A program made the translations under genes and the position numbers. A stretch of 63,498 bases of DNA, counting the filler, from Sphacelaria rigidula (taxonomy: Eukaryota): NCBI GenBank assembly GCA_964200075.2. It is 9 parts of 9 records of this genome, joined end to end, with 100 filler letters (N's around TTAATTAATTAA, not from the genome) between each part and the next. Parts side by side here need not be neighbours in the genome. Positions count along the whole stretch, not along the records: positions 7,068 to 14,034 come from CAXNAA020017158.1; positions 14,135 to 21,101 come from CAXNAA020017159.1; positions 21,202 to 28,168 come from CAXNAA020017160.1; 6 more parts are not named here. The stretch is one strand, 5' to 3'. Position 1 is the first letter of the stretch, and every line of letters starts with the position of its first letter. This document shows, one piece after another, positions 11,312 to 24,105 of this stretch. A model generated the notes under the pieces. The model had not been told where the DNA came from and did no database searches. It worked only from the letters and a program-made list of their open reading frames with translations.

Positions 11312-12127
11312 TTAGCGGTGTAAGCGACCGTACGAACGGAGTTGTGACTGCCAGGTTTGCCAACATAGTGAAAAATGGTGCAAAGCGTCTGAGTGTCTTT
11401 GTGTTTTCAGTTTACATTCTTGCTCCGCAATTTCCAGGGCTTTAGTGGATTCGTGTATCACGCGCTCTAGTTCGCTCTGTTCCGTTGGCTTTTTCCCGGG
11501 ATGGACATCTATCTTACGGAGGATCCGCGTGGGCTCTCGCACCCCTGAAAAGCCCTTATGTTGACCCGCCTGGAGGTGGGTAGATTCCAAATCTCTCAAC
11601 GCACGTTCAAGCTGTGCTAGATCGTTATTCCGAATCTGGTCCCAGCACTCAGTTTTTTCAGTCACCGAACAGTTGAACCAACGGCGCGTTGGGATGAACG
11701 CTGGGCGAGTCTGCTTAAGCTGGCAATATGATTCGTCACGCGTGGGCGGAGATTGTTCTGGCTTGCGCTGGTCAGCAACAGCCAGAGTGGGGCGACTACA
11801 GGGTTCAGCATCGGTTTGGGTGCTGTGACGGTTTAAGGGACGAACCGTCACAGTGCGGAGGTCATCGTCAGGAAACGTTTTCGTAGCATTAGGGCCCACC
11901 CGGAGAGATTCCATCGGAGAATGAAGAGTGGGAACACCGTCAGCGCTTTGAGTGGCTGGTTGGTGTATAGTGGTATGTTCACTGAGAGAGGTGAGGTGCG
12001 GATGGGGAGGAAAAATACGGTCCTCATCGAAATCTTTAGCAACGCCCCTGAAAATGTGTTCTGCAAAAATACTATGATCGACATCGAAACGTTTCGGTTC
12101 GTTTTTATCAACTGTCTCACTACGCAT
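11312..12127 (-). CDS. Probable gag-region ORF remnant of the Gypsy element
   Basis: 271-aa ORF upstream of and co-oriented with pol. No diagnostic motif; the call is positional inference. Confidence 0.35.
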   Translation of the reverse strand: MRSETVDKNEPKRFDVDHSIFAEHIFRGVAKDFDEDRIFPPHPHLTSLSEHTTIHQPATQSADGVPTLHSPMESLRVGPNATKTFPDDDLRTVTVRPLNRHSTQTDAEPCSRPTLAVADQRKPEQSPPTRDESYCQLKQTRPAFIPTRRWFNCSVTEKTECWDQIRNNDLAQLERALRDLESTHLQAGQHKGFSGVREPTRILRKIDVHPGKKPTEQSELERVIHESTKALEIAEQECKLKTQRHSDALHHFSLCWQTWQSQLRSYGRLHR

Positions 12128-12453
12128 GGGTGACCGAACGGGTTTTTACCACTGTCTGGAGGGAGCGCACCGTCCTTCGTGACATCGTGCTTAGATGACG
12201 TCGAAGCGCGGTTGATATCAGACATGGCTTGGATACGACACTTTCTACGATAGACCCCCCCAAAACCAGCCCAAAAGTGTCACGAAACAAATAGTCACAC
12301 AGCGCCTGATGTTTGGGTTCAGGCTGCATGAAGCGCCTCATAATGAACCCAAGCGTGGGATTCCCAGCTTCTCGTTGCGCTCGGCTTCTCCCATTTCGAT
12401 TCACGTGAAGATTTTGCCTCCCAAGACCCTGCACTTTTTTTTGGGGGGGGGGG

Positions 12454-12520
12454 CGTACTCATTTGTTGCTTGACTTAGTCGTTTGACCATTGACCACGCA
12501 TCCCTTTCGAGACGGAGCAC
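12454..12520 (-). mobile_element. 67-bp poly-C-associated element copy with TSD-like flanks
   Basis: GCAC-T8-G11 on the left and GCAC-T4-G-run at the right junction. Confidence 0.85.
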
Positions 12521-14134
12521 TTTTGGGGGGGAGCTATCGTAGAAAGTGTCATACCTGCGCAATTGCGCAAGACCGGTAACGTAGAGATGCGGAGGTTGAA
12601 AAGTGAACGTTTCGTCGTGTGGGAGTACGCATAGCTGGAGTTGAACTGAGGCGTGGACAAAAAAAAAGGGAACAGAGTGGCCGAGTATTGTCGACAGTGT
12701 GTGATCGACATATCGCGCACTCCACATGCATGCGGTCTACAACCTCTTCAATCAGGTGCAGACAAAGAGAAAAAAGCGTGGACGGCACAAAACAAACAGA
12801 CTTTTGTGTGAGATGACAAGAAAAAAACGACGGTTGTCACAATCAACAGACATACAGTGACTGTTACCAGCGCAACAGCGCATTTGGCAAACCTGCACGC
12901 CATGAAGGGACACGTGTGGGGCGCAGCGAACAGCAACGTCAAACCGCCCAGTTATGTTTTGAGAACATGTTGAGGTTGAGAAAAAATAAACTGTCGGATA
13001 CCGTATTTCCAGATGCAATACCAGCGCAGCTGACGATACTCATTACAGTACCGCGTAGTTCGCTGAAAATAGCCGAGTTGGGGTCCCGGTGACGTACATC
13101 GCACAGTTAGACAATTAATAGATCTACAAGCACAACCGTAATACAGACATGTAGTGCAGTACAAACAGCAACATACAAAGCACCGGACAGCAAAATGCTG
13201 GGGGGCATAGTACAGTACGTATGATCTTCGCGTGGTGCAGCGGAGGGTCGGGTAAACAGTGCAGAACCAACGTCAGAGTGTATAACACGAAGAACCCCGA
13301 CACAGCGCTATACCCGCGCCGTGTGGGATCATAATTACAATGCAATATAGACGACTTTGTTCAGAGAGTGCAACAGTACCAACGCATGTTACAGCACGGC
13401 ACCTTACCGTACGCAAACAAATTGTCCGCCGAGACCACTTGTAGTTCAAACGGTACTGCATTGTGCTCAGTACTTCGATTCGGGACAAAATTCCAACGCA
13501 GGAGGTACGCCGCACTTTGGCGATTAGAATGTGCTGCAGTGGCTGTTTGGTGGAGCAACAATCAAGCTGTGGTATACATTGGTGCCGTGTAGAAGTGGCA
13601 AAACAGAATCGTGCGCTTGTGTACCAGTAACATGACCCTTGCCTGTGTTCAATCATGCTTATGTACCGACAAAATCTTGTATTCCTGGCCCATTATGTCA
13701 CATCGATATATATATCGGTGTACAAGGTGGGGTCAACGTTCCGTGTTTGGGAAAAAGAAACCGTCTGTACAGCGGGGTGAATTTAAAACAGCCCGTGTGG
13801 ACCCTGCCTGCGAGAAAAGATCGGCAGTTACACACTTATCGGTCGGCTTGGCGAGTACAGGGCCGACGAGAAATAAACGGGGGAGGTGGAGCGGAGGGAG
13901 AATGTAGAAGTGTGTCCAGAACGGCCATGCTGAAAAAACAAAGACGTCAGCGGCTGTATTTTCAGACACACGTTGGTAACAGCCAATCATCTATGTTGAG
14001 GATGGTGCTTTTGATTGAGGATGAGAACCCGGAGNNNNNNNNNNNNNNNNNNNNNNNNNNNNNNNNNNNNNNNNNNNNTTAATTAATTAANNNNNNNNNN
14101 NNNNNNNNNNNNNNNNNNNNNNNNNNNNNNNNNN

Positions 14135-15119
14135 GACGACCCCGAACAACGTATCACCGAAACACTACAGTTTCGGGTATAATTCGACCCGGTTGGAACC
14201 GTTTTTGAATCTGTTCCTCCCGTAAGATTCCCGAGATGATTATGGTCACTACGATTTGAGGCATGTGGAGATTCGGTGTAAATTGGGTTCGGAATTTGTA
14301 TTTTTCAATTTCGGAACAATTTGAAAGGCGCTGATTGGTCGAGACACATTTTTGTCCATAGCGCCAACGCTATAGCCTTGAACAAAAATCCGGCTATGTC
14401 ACCCTCTTCGTCTGTTCATTGCGGTCAGTATGATACTATGTATGCGCTCTTTGGGTTTGTATTGCAGAAGGCATTTGCTGATGACGGAGTTTTGGGTATT
14501 TTGCGTGAACCAGCCTGTAGAACACACGCCTTCACCCTTCGGTTCAAGGACGTTCACGTAAGAAGTACGCAGGGTCCAACGATGAGACCTTGGCGTTCCC
14601 CGTCCGATGAGAGGAAACGGCAAAGTGAAAAGAAAGCACAGGACAAGGTTGGAATCGTGCCCGATTCGCCGGTGGACATGTGGGAGCTTTCCTTGCACAG
14701 GGAGAGTACTGGAAGTCTCATATGCTCAGATTTTAACCAGGCAACACGGTGTCCTATGGCTATCTTTGAGCCGCGTAAAGACACGCACACCTTCGCTGGG
14801 TCATTTGTAAACTGCCGGACACGTTTGAGGCGTTCCAGACCTGTCACGAATTTTCCTGATCCAGAACATATGTCCCTCGAACGACAGCATAGCTATATCC
14901 CAACCGTCCGCGGTAGCAAAAAGATCGGTGAGCTGACTCTCTACCGAAACGGAACACTTTGTACCGAAAATTCACCAAATATGATGAGATTTCACAGATT
15001 GAGGACGCACGTTTCGAGGATAAACGTTGGTATCCTCAACAAGCATCGAAATATCTTCGGAAAAAATATGCCAATACACTCTCCGGCCGTAATCCATTCC
15101 CAATTTGTAAGATGCCGTG
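14135..15119. mobile_element. Right part of a larger DNA element related to the 2477-2915 foldback family
   Basis: 15092-15119 ATCCATTCCCAATTTGTAAGATGCCGTG matches the MITE terminus at 25/28 positions. CCGAA/TTCGG motifs are scattered internally. The left end is beyond the contig edge or not recognised. Confidence 0.5.
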
Positions 15120-16121
15120 TTCATACCGAACAATTTGGACCCCCGTTCATTCCCGTACAAGAAACTGTCGTTATCCTTCAGAATCACTTCTTAAGACGCG
15201 AGTTTACAAATGGCGGATCGATTTTCTTTTGAGGATGAGCGAGGTAACATATCACACCCGGATGGTGCATTTACATCTTGTTTCCGAGAATATTTCGATG
15301 GTGACGAATTTTCCTATCATGAGGTCCATCCTCGCAAGCAATCGATCCGCAATATGTGAAATCCCGTCTTCATTGCACCAACAGAAGGCCTCTTGACATG
15401 GCGAGGCGAACCGGTTCGTTAGGCCCGTCCTGTCCAGCACAGAAACGCCCTGTCCAGCACAGAAACGCCCTGTCCAGCACAGAAAAAAAAGTCATTGGCG
15501 GTTCTCTGCCCAAAGAACCACAGATGCTCATCTGTGGACGAGCCGACCTTGAGAACCTTGTGTGGACCCTAGTTTTACCCCTAACTCAGCGAAGAGTTGT
15601 AGTTGAGTAGGAACCGGAGAAATTTGAAGAAGGTGACCGCTTTGCTTTTCAGAACAGCAATGAGGCCTCCCTGAAGAACAACTCTACATCAGCCGGAATC
15701 AGGTGATTGCGCGTTCTTGCCACCATTTGACCGCGAAGGTACATGCTACCATACGCACTCTCGGAGCTCGGTCGGGTCGAGAAAAAAGCGCTGTCGGTGG
15801 TGTTGTGTTATGTTATTCACGATGTCGCAGGGGGTGTCGGTATTCGCGTGAGAAAAACGCCTCGCGTATATTTCTGATACTTGCAGAAGTACTGCACTGC
15901 AGAGAAAGTAAATTGGCCCGCCGTTTTCTGATTGGACACAAAAAATAATGAAATGTGATTGGGCAATTTTCCTCGGTCGACGTTTGATCCATCGCACCTT
16001 GGGGCGGGCGGAGGGGCTTTTGGACATGGGTGACGTGAGGCGGTAAATTTTGTTGCTTTCACCATCTTTGTTTTCCGGAGGGGGAGGAGGGCGGAGAATT
16101 CTCGGGAAAAACCCCCGCACA

Positions 16122-16235
<114 letters not shown>

Positions 16236-16323
16236 TCAGGCACCAGAATAAAAACGCACGCGTGTTCATCATCACGTATTGGAGCGTCTTCGTACGATTG
16301 ATTTCTTTCCAAATGCGTGCCAG

Positions 16324-16408
16324 GCAAAAATACAAGAGGGAACGGCTGGCGACTAGGAGACAGGACTTCTTGACTGAGAAGGAGTATACTCTTGTCGAAG
16401 ATGATGAG
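16324..16408 (+). CDS. Isolated candidate exon of an unknown gene (QKYKRERLATRRQDFLTEKEYTLVEDDE)
   Basis: Pyrimidine tract + CAG acceptor, GAG|GTAAGT donor and an open frame. Partner exons are uncertain. Confidence 0.35.
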
Positions 16409-18766
16409 GTAAGTTTTCTAAAATCGAGAAGTTCCTGTCGAATATGTACACCAAGCGAAGTTGCTGGTGAGTGACGCAGAACTGACTAGCCTTCACCAGA
16501 TTGCTAACACATGAACGTATATTTTATGCATCATGGTTCTACAAGTCGTCGTTGTGGGTCCAGAGTGAAACCTGTGTGTCCCCCCCCCCCCCCCCGAGGA
16601 AAGTATTCGGTATTTTGGAACGATCCTTTTTTGTTGTGCGTCGAGACTTGGGCTCTGACCGTTAGTTGTCTCACTCCACAGGCCTTGATGTCCGCGCGCC
16701 CCGCGTTCGTCTTCGGGGTGTGATAACGTACACCCGACTTACGACTGTTCGTTCACACTATATGAACTGCGCGATATCTTGCTGTTGTATGGATACAATA
16801 CTGAGCAGGCTCGTACTGGTGTCGCGGGAGTGGCGACGGCCGTGCCTGGGACAGGCCAAGGGGGCAGGGAGTCCAGCACGACGCGGTACGTTAGCCCATT
16901 CCTGTGATCATTCGAGGGCAAGTATTCTCCTTGAGCCGAAGTAGTGTACGTAGCGTCGTTTGCTGAGACTAGGTACCTGTCTTGTTTTCTGTTTTTTGGT
17001 GTGTTCGTTTCTATTATCTTCGTCTGGACCTGTGCATGGTATTCGTATATTTTATTCTCCTTCAGTTCTTGTCCCTTTTTGTTTTCTTCATTCTTATGAT
17101 TTTTCGCCCTTATCTGATTCCTGTCTAGTTCGTCGTTACGCTGATTATAAGGGTCGGACAATAATGATTCGTCTGAAAATTACTTGGTTTTAGTATAATG
17201 AGCCGACTCCTGACGGATCAATCCGTAGGCTTTATTTCAGCGTCGCAACGCAGGTAAACGCAGCCCAGACGCGTGAAATGGCGCAAAAGTTGCGTGGATA
17301 CTCCTTGTACCAGCGATCAACTTTTTTCTCCCTTTTGGGCGATCAGGCCGACGAAATCGTGAATTCGGTGATTTTGAGTCTTGATGAATTGTCCTAACCG
17401 TGGTTGATTCTGTCACTCTTCCGTTGTCTCCCCTCTTCCTCGACTCTCCTCTATGAATAGAGTGTTTTTGTTTTGTTCAGTGTAGCCTACGTACGTCTAG
17501 CTTGTGTACAATGACCACGGCCGGATACTGACCTCGGAAATCGGTTAATGTGCCACGATTAACCAATCAACCAATCAACCAATCAACCAATCGAACATAT
17601 GGTGAAACGGTACTAGGGAATTTTCAGTATGCGATGATCACACTCCAAATAGGTTGTCCACGATGACTCTGGTGTTGCATTTCAGTTCTGGCTGTACGTA
17701 GGAAGGGTTGCGATCGATGAACCGATTTCCACAGCATTCGATACAGGTGAGCTTTGCGCGTTGATTTCATTGTTCCTCTTGCCTAGTGCCGACTGTTATC
17801 GTTCTTCCTCATTTCGGCATATACGTCAAACACCGGCAAAATAATTCGCACTCGCTTTTTTATGCAGGGGGGCGGGGTGGGGGGCATAAGTCGCTCCGTA
17901 TCATTATTTACGTGCCTGCGTGGTCTTGTACACGCGGTTCTCAAATGAAAATAACCGCCTGCCCCTCAGCCGCACTTCACTGTTCACCCTGCCCCACGCG
18001 CTTTCTTCTCCTCATGTTTTCAACTCCATCGGATTGTAGGGGATGGAAGATACTGGCGGACATCACCCTTCGTGCTACGGACGACGTAGGTCGAGTGGGC
18101 TGCGGTGTAAGCCTTCATCCGCCGAGATTCAATCTTCGCTATCTACCGCCCTACGCCGGGCCTTTATCATCAGTTCCTCGGCTTACAGCCGGGGTGAAAA
18201 GCCGCCGTGAGGAGCCGACCAGCCAGACGAGGACCCCCACGAAGGACGGACGGGTCAGCAAGGCTTTGATACTTCCTACCCCGCACGCTGGTCGTCAGAG
18301 GAACCGCTCATCGAAGGCCGATGAGCTGCCGGCAACATTGCACGCCGATCTATGTATGGCAGATGCCTTGCAAGCGCACGCCAGCAGGGAACGGCAGGAC
18401 GAGTCGGCAAACCGCGCGTTAGTGCCACCCAAGTGGGATGGTCCACGGGGGTTTGTCGGTGGAAGACGACCGGCCTCAGCAGGGCGCCCTCTAGGAGGCG
18501 AGAAGACGTTGGTACATCCACGATTGCCGAGCGTAGGGCGCAAGAAAATAACAACGCCTACTTTCATTCTTCCAAACGTTGAACAAGAATCGATCGACTA
18601 GACCAGAAACTCAGCAACAGCTACCTGGTACACTTTGAGGGAAAAACTTTGAAAACTACTATCGAATCCATCCCAAGTCGGACCAACCAGAGCGCATCAG
18701 AGGTACGCCTACCCCAAAGATACAATACTTGTACAGTATTGCGTCTCTTACAAAAATATCACAACT

Positions 18767-21101
18767 GTGATGGTGTGGGAGTTGCCGCCAAAGATGTTGT
18801 TCGACATGCCGACCAACATCTTTGACACCACCATACAGTTGTGATGGTGCGGAAGTTGCCGCCGAAGAAGGCGTTCGACCATGCCGAACAACATCTATGA
18901 CACGACCATACACTTGTGATGGTGCGGAAGTTGCCGCCTAACGAGGTGTTCGACATGCCGAACAACATCTTTGACACCCTCATACTGTACGACGAATACA
19001 ACAAGGACTGGTTCTCAGGGGAGGGGCCAGCAAGGCTTCATGGCACGACTCCCGCCCCCGACGGCTCGTGGATTCGCGGACAACTTGAAGAAAACGGGCT
19101 ATGTGAGTATACTCGGCGTAGTGTTCTGGTTATATATCAGACAATCAAATAATTACACCATTATCTTTCAGTGATAGTGCGGAAGTTGCCGTGAAAGAAG
19201 ACGGTCAACATGCCAAACAATATTTTCGACACGAGCATACCGTGTCATGGATACGCGGATGGGTTTTCGCGGGAGGGACCAGCCAGGCTTCATGGCAAGA
19301 CTTCCGCCCCCGACGGCTCGTGGGTTCGCGGACGAAATAATTGATCATGGTTGTGCAGTCATTTGACGGTCTGATATTTGACTAGAACCCCAAGCCGACT
19401 ATACTCACCTCACCATCTTCTTCGTCAAGTTGTTCGCGAATCCACGAGCCGTCGGGGGCGGGAGTCATGCCATGAAGCCTTGCTGGCCCCTCCCCCGAAA
19501 ACCAGTCCTTGTTGTATTCATCGTACAGTATGGTGATGTCAAGGATGTTGTTCGGCATGTCGAACGCCTTCTTTGGCGGCAACTTCCGCACCATCACAAC
19601 TGTATGGTGGTGTCATAGATGTTGTTCGGCATGTCGAACGCCTTCTTAGGCGACAACTTCCGCACTATCACAACTGTATGGTGATGCGGGAGCTGCCGCC
19701 AAGGAAGGCGTTCGACATGCCGAACAACATCTTTGACACCACCATACTGTACGACAAATACAACAAGGACTGGGTTTAGGGGGAGGGGCCAGCAAGGCTT
19801 CATGGCATGACTCCCGCCCTAGACGGCTGGTGGATTCGCGAACAACTTGACGAGCAAGGGTTATGTGAGTGTACTCGGCGTAGTGTTCTGGTTATATATC
19901 AGACAATCAAATAATTGCATCATTATCTTTCAGTGATGGTGCGGAAGTTGCCGTGAAAGAAGACGGTCAACATGCCAAACAATATTGTCGACACGAGGAT
20001 ATACCGTATTATGAATATGCGGATGGGTTTTCGCGGGAGGGACCAGCCAGGCTTCATGGCAAGACTTCCGCCCCCGACGGCTCGTGGGTTCGCGGACGAA
20101 ATAATTGGTCATGGTGGTGTAGTCATTTGATTGTCTGATATTTGACGAGGACCCCAAGCCGACTATACTTACCTAACCATCTTCTTCGTCAAGTTGTTCC
20201 CGATTCCACGAGCCGTCGGGGGCGGGAGTCATGCCATGAAGCCTTGCTGGCCCCTCCCCCGGAAACCAGTCCTTGTTGTATTCATCGTACAGTATGGGGG
20301 TGTCAAAGATGTTGTTCGGCATGTCGTCCGCCTTCTTCGGCGGCAACTTCCGCACCATCACAACTGTATGGTGGTGTCATAGATGTTGTTCGGCATGTCG
20401 TCCGCCTTCTTAGGCGACAACTTCCGCACCATCACAACTGTATGGTGGTGCGGGAGGTGCCGCCAAAGAAGGCGTTCGACATGCCGAACAACATCTTTGA
20501 CACCGCCATACAGTGGTGATGGTGCGGAAGTTGCCGTGAAAGAAGACGGTCAACATGCCGACCAACATCTTTGACACCACCATACAGTTGTGATGGTGCG
20601 GAAGTTGCCGCCTAAGAAGGCGTTCGACCATGCCGAACAACATTCATGACACGACCATACAGTCGTGACGGTGCGGGAGCTGTCGCCTAAGAAGGCGTTC
20701 GACATGCCGAACAACATCTTTGACACCCCCATACTGTACGACAAATACAACAAGGACTGGGTTTAGGGGGAGGGGCCAGCAAGGCTTCATGGCACGACTC
20801 CCGCCCCCGACGGCTCGTGGATTCGCGAACAACTTGACGAACAAGGGTTATGTGAGTATACTCGGCGTAGTGTTCTGGTTATATATCAGACAATCAAATA
20901 ATTGCACCATTATCTTTCAGTGATGGTGCGGAAGTTGCCGTGAAAGAAGACGGTCAACATGCCAAACAATATTTTCGACACGAGGATATACCGTATTATG
21001 AATATGCGGATGGGTTTTCGCGGGAGGGACCAGCCAGGCTTCATGGCAAGACTTCCGCCCCCGACGGCTCGTGGGTTCGCGGACGAAATAATTGGTCATG
21101 G
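18767..21101. repeat. Complex array of 62-codon exon-like cassettes plus 69-nt introns in both orientations
   Basis: Cassette MVRKLPPKKAFDMPNNIFDTTILYDEYNKDWFSGEGPARLHGMTPAPDGSWIREQLDE on + at 18917, 19676 and 20665 and on - at 19409-19597 and 20173-20361. Variant B cassettes at 19172, 19934 and 20920. ~74-bp 5' fragments lie between them. Confidence 0.9.
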
Positions 21102-21201
21102 NNNNNNNNNNNNNNNNNNNNNNNNNNNNNNNNNNNNNNNNNNNNTTAATTAATTAANNNNNNNNNNNNNNNNNNNNNNNNNNNNNNNNNNNNNNNNNNN
21201 N

Positions 21202-21277
21202 ACCCACATACACCGAAAGGTGTAGACTGGTGCCCAGAATAAATGGGACGACAACACAACACACACACACACACACG
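21202..21277 (+). repeat. 3' end of a dispersed repeat ending in (CA)n; second copy at ~59980-60134
   Basis: ACCGAAAGGT(G/A)TAGAC(T/C)GG...CCAGAATA...GGGACGA followed by CACACA in both copies. Confidence 0.75.
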
Positions 21278-21326
21278 CATTCTTTGAGTTATGCTGCTTC
21301 TTGGGCGGATCTTTAACCCTTATACG

Positions 21327-21425
21327 AACCCTTACATGGCGAGAGTAGGTCATCTGTTGAATCGGCATCAATTTCAGTCGAACTCATAATGATACTCAGA
21401 TTACCTACCCTCGCGGCCAAGGGGG
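21327..21425. mobile_element. ~100-bp piggyBac-like MITE (family also at 26351-26451 and 54812-54907)
   Basis: Shared core GCGAGAGTAG.TCATCTG...AATCGG(C/T)ATCAA...CAGAT..CTACCCTCGCG...AAGGG with short TIRs. Confidence 0.65.
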
Positions 21426-21859
21426 AAACGAGACGGAAAAGCGAAGCAAAGAGCAAAGCAAGCGTCGGAAAGCAGCAGATGAATTGTTCGTTGCGACCGT
21501 ATGCCTGTCTTCATGGTTGCGGCGACAAATCAACATGCTGCTGTTCGATACTTTCTATGCTCTTCGCTTCTTTTTTTGGTCCCGTAAGATGGGCCCTCAG
21601 GGTGTCGTGTCTTGGGGCGTGTATTCGCCCATTTTTTTGTCGATCGGAAATTTGCGGTAGATTTTTCTTTCTCCGATCTGATAGATCCATCGTATTTCTG
21701 TTCCATGAAGGCTTCAACTAGTTCTTTATAATTAGGGGCGCTCGGAGAAGAAGGAAAAACAACGAAGCTAAGATTATTCGACCGAAAACATGAGGTCGAA
21801 AGGCACGAAGCGGCACTGGACTCCCATCTTATTGACCACCACGCCAGAGACCGCCAGTT

Positions 21860-23035
21860 CACAGAACCATGCAAACTCCACACAACTCATTCTCAGCTAC
21901 TACCACAACCCTGCAGCAGTAGTTGAGTTTACTTTGCTTGTCTTCTGTTGGCGAAAACTTGAGCATCTTCTTTCACGGTAGGGATCAGCGATGGAACTGC
22001 GTGTTAGAGTAGTCAACCGAGTTGCGGACAGTACAGGCACGCTGTCCAAGTCACTTTCATGTCGCATTGTAAGCAGAGAGAGCAGATAGCCCTGCGCTGT
22101 TTGTGCTGCACGTTGCCCGCTTCTATTTCACACCCTGCTGTGCGAAACACGCTCACACACACACACACACACGCACATACTGCATGCAAACAATGCAGAT
22201 GGTCAAGACAGTCTGTACTGTGCTAAAGCGTCCAAGTACCGTTACACGAATTTGACTGCTTTTTTGCGATCAAAATCTTGAAAATTCGCCTAAACGCAAC
22301 GCGACAAAAATACTCAAACGTAAACGCAACGCGACAAATATAGGGAATTTCGCTCATATCAATTCCACCGCCCCTTTTCTCCGGTTGGAAAAAAATTTGC
22401 TGAGACGCGCCCAAAGACACGGCCTCAACACATTACGATAACAAAAAAAGTGGGGTGGAAAGAAATATCGATTTGATAGATCCAGGGCGTTCAGCTCCAA
22501 TAATGGCTGGCTTCAACTATTTTTTTTAATTTGTGGCGCGCGGATGAGAGGGGAAAAATACCTACGTTGAGTTTCTTCGATCGAAAAGACATGCGAAGGA
22601 ACGACGCGGAGGGACACTTGGCAATCTATCTTGCAGAACAACTCGCCAGATACCACCCGTTCACAAGCGGTGCAAACCCCACGCAATTCATTCTCAGCCA
22701 CCACCGCAACCCTGTAGCATAGAGCACGAGTTGAGCACAGGGATGGATACACTGCACTAGTTGGGTAGGGTGTGCTTACTTTTTTGTCGGCGAAAACTTG
22801 AGCATCTTCTTTGATGGTCCTGTAGGGATCGGCGACGGAATTACGTGGTAGGGCGGGCGACCGACTTGTGCTCACGCTCATGGACTGTGCAGGCAGTACC
22901 AAACTGCACATTGTTCAAGTCCTTGTCACGTCGCACTGGTTGAGGAGAGTACAGATAGTCCTGTGCTGTCTATACGGCATGTTGCCTGCTCCTTCTTCAC
23001 ATCCTACTTTACGAAACACGCACACACACTCAGAC
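21860..23035 (+). repeat. Diverged ~330-bp direct repeat pair (21860-22175 and 22680-23035)
   Basis: Shared GGCGAAAACTTGAGCATCTTCTTT...GTAGGGATC.GCGA.GGAA...CAGATAG.CCTG.GCTGT...GAAACACGC.CACACAC. Confidence 0.7.
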
Positions 23036-23699
23036 ACTGTATGTCGACAGTACAGACAGTACATCACTATCTATACTAATGATGAGCAAACAAGCACCGC
23101 TTTACGAATTTCACTCTCTTTTATCGATGAACAGCCTTCAAATTCGCTTGAATTCAACTCGCGCAAAACGAACGAATTCGTTCGAATCAATTCCACCGCC
23201 ATTTTTTTCGATGAAAACTAACACATGGTGAGAAGCCTCCGTACGCCAACAAAAACCACCAAGATTCACAGTTTTCGGCACATCTTGGAATTTTTGTCTG
23301 ACCACTTCTTCTTTTATTGTTAGTATTATTGCGTTATTATTTCCGCACATGACCCCGATCTCTCAGACCCGTGTCGTAGAGGGTAGGCTCGTCTTTCCAA
23401 TACCGTACCTACTATTCCCTACAAGAGACAAAGTTCTCATCGTTTCTCATGAGACTCCCAAACAAGGAACAAATCAAAACAAAAAAAATAACATCAAATG
23501 AAACAAGAAGAGAGACGCCAAGAAAACAGAAGAGAAATAGCTTCTCCCGAGTTCATCGGGGTGAGGTGAAAGCAACCCGTTCAGATCTGCTCATGAACTG
23601 TATAGAATAAGAGGGGAAACAAATATAAAAGATAAAAGAGACAAGAGGGATTAGAATGGCCATTAATCGAGGGCCAAATCACAAACCCCAGGCACCCTC

Positions 23700-24105
23700 A
23701 TAGACAATTACCAATGCTGTTCGGAAGTCGGCAGATGCACGATCGAGTCTACTACGCGACGATCTGCTGGTTCCCTTTCGGAGGTCCTCGATAGGCACTG
23801 GGGCAACTCTAGCCGTAGCGTAGTAAAGCATTCCTTTGGCATGGCGTGCTTTGGTACAGGCTGCTACGTACATCTTAACCCCCTCGTCTACGAGTCAGCA
23901 CCATTTAGAAAGATCTTGGGCAACTTGCGTCCACGATGTTGCGTTTATTCCGAATTTCGAACAGTATTCCAAGACACGGTGTTGTAGGCGTCTTGCTGGT
24001 CGGCCTGCCGTCGTCATCCCTCCGACCATCACTTCACACATGACGATGTTGGGGAGGCGTTCATCGGGCATGCGCACGATGTGGGCTGTGTGTAGGAGGA
24101 TTCTT
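23700..24105 (-). mobile_element. 3' fragment of an RTE-clade LINE ORF
   Basis: AHIVRMPDERLPNIVMCEVMVGGMTTAGRPARR...SWTQVAQDLSKW matches the RTE C-terminal GHVxRMxxxRLPK...GRPxxRW...AxDRxxW pattern. Confidence 0.85.

Larger units (their letters stand above)
7132..12130 (-). mobile_element. Decayed Ty3/Gypsy LTR retrotransposon (gag-like - RT - RNase H - integrase)
   Basis: RT: SPCASPLVVVRKKNGKIRLTVNYQRLN, YLDD, LKLAPSK..IEFLGH (9031-10422). RNase H: FRLHTDSS, VVWGIRRLRQY..YRTGPQNAHADFLSRLP (8534-9240). Integrase zinc finger/core: RFYWWIRM..CLLCQ..WDYFGPLP..TDRFSRH..SENG (7132-7955). Domain order RT-RH-IN is Gypsy. Multiple frameshifts and stops. Confidence 0.93.

Noticed and set aside
14321..15232. 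303-aa ORF as a transposase or gene
   Set aside because: No recognisable motif, non-ATG start, and it reads through the transposon terminus at 15119.
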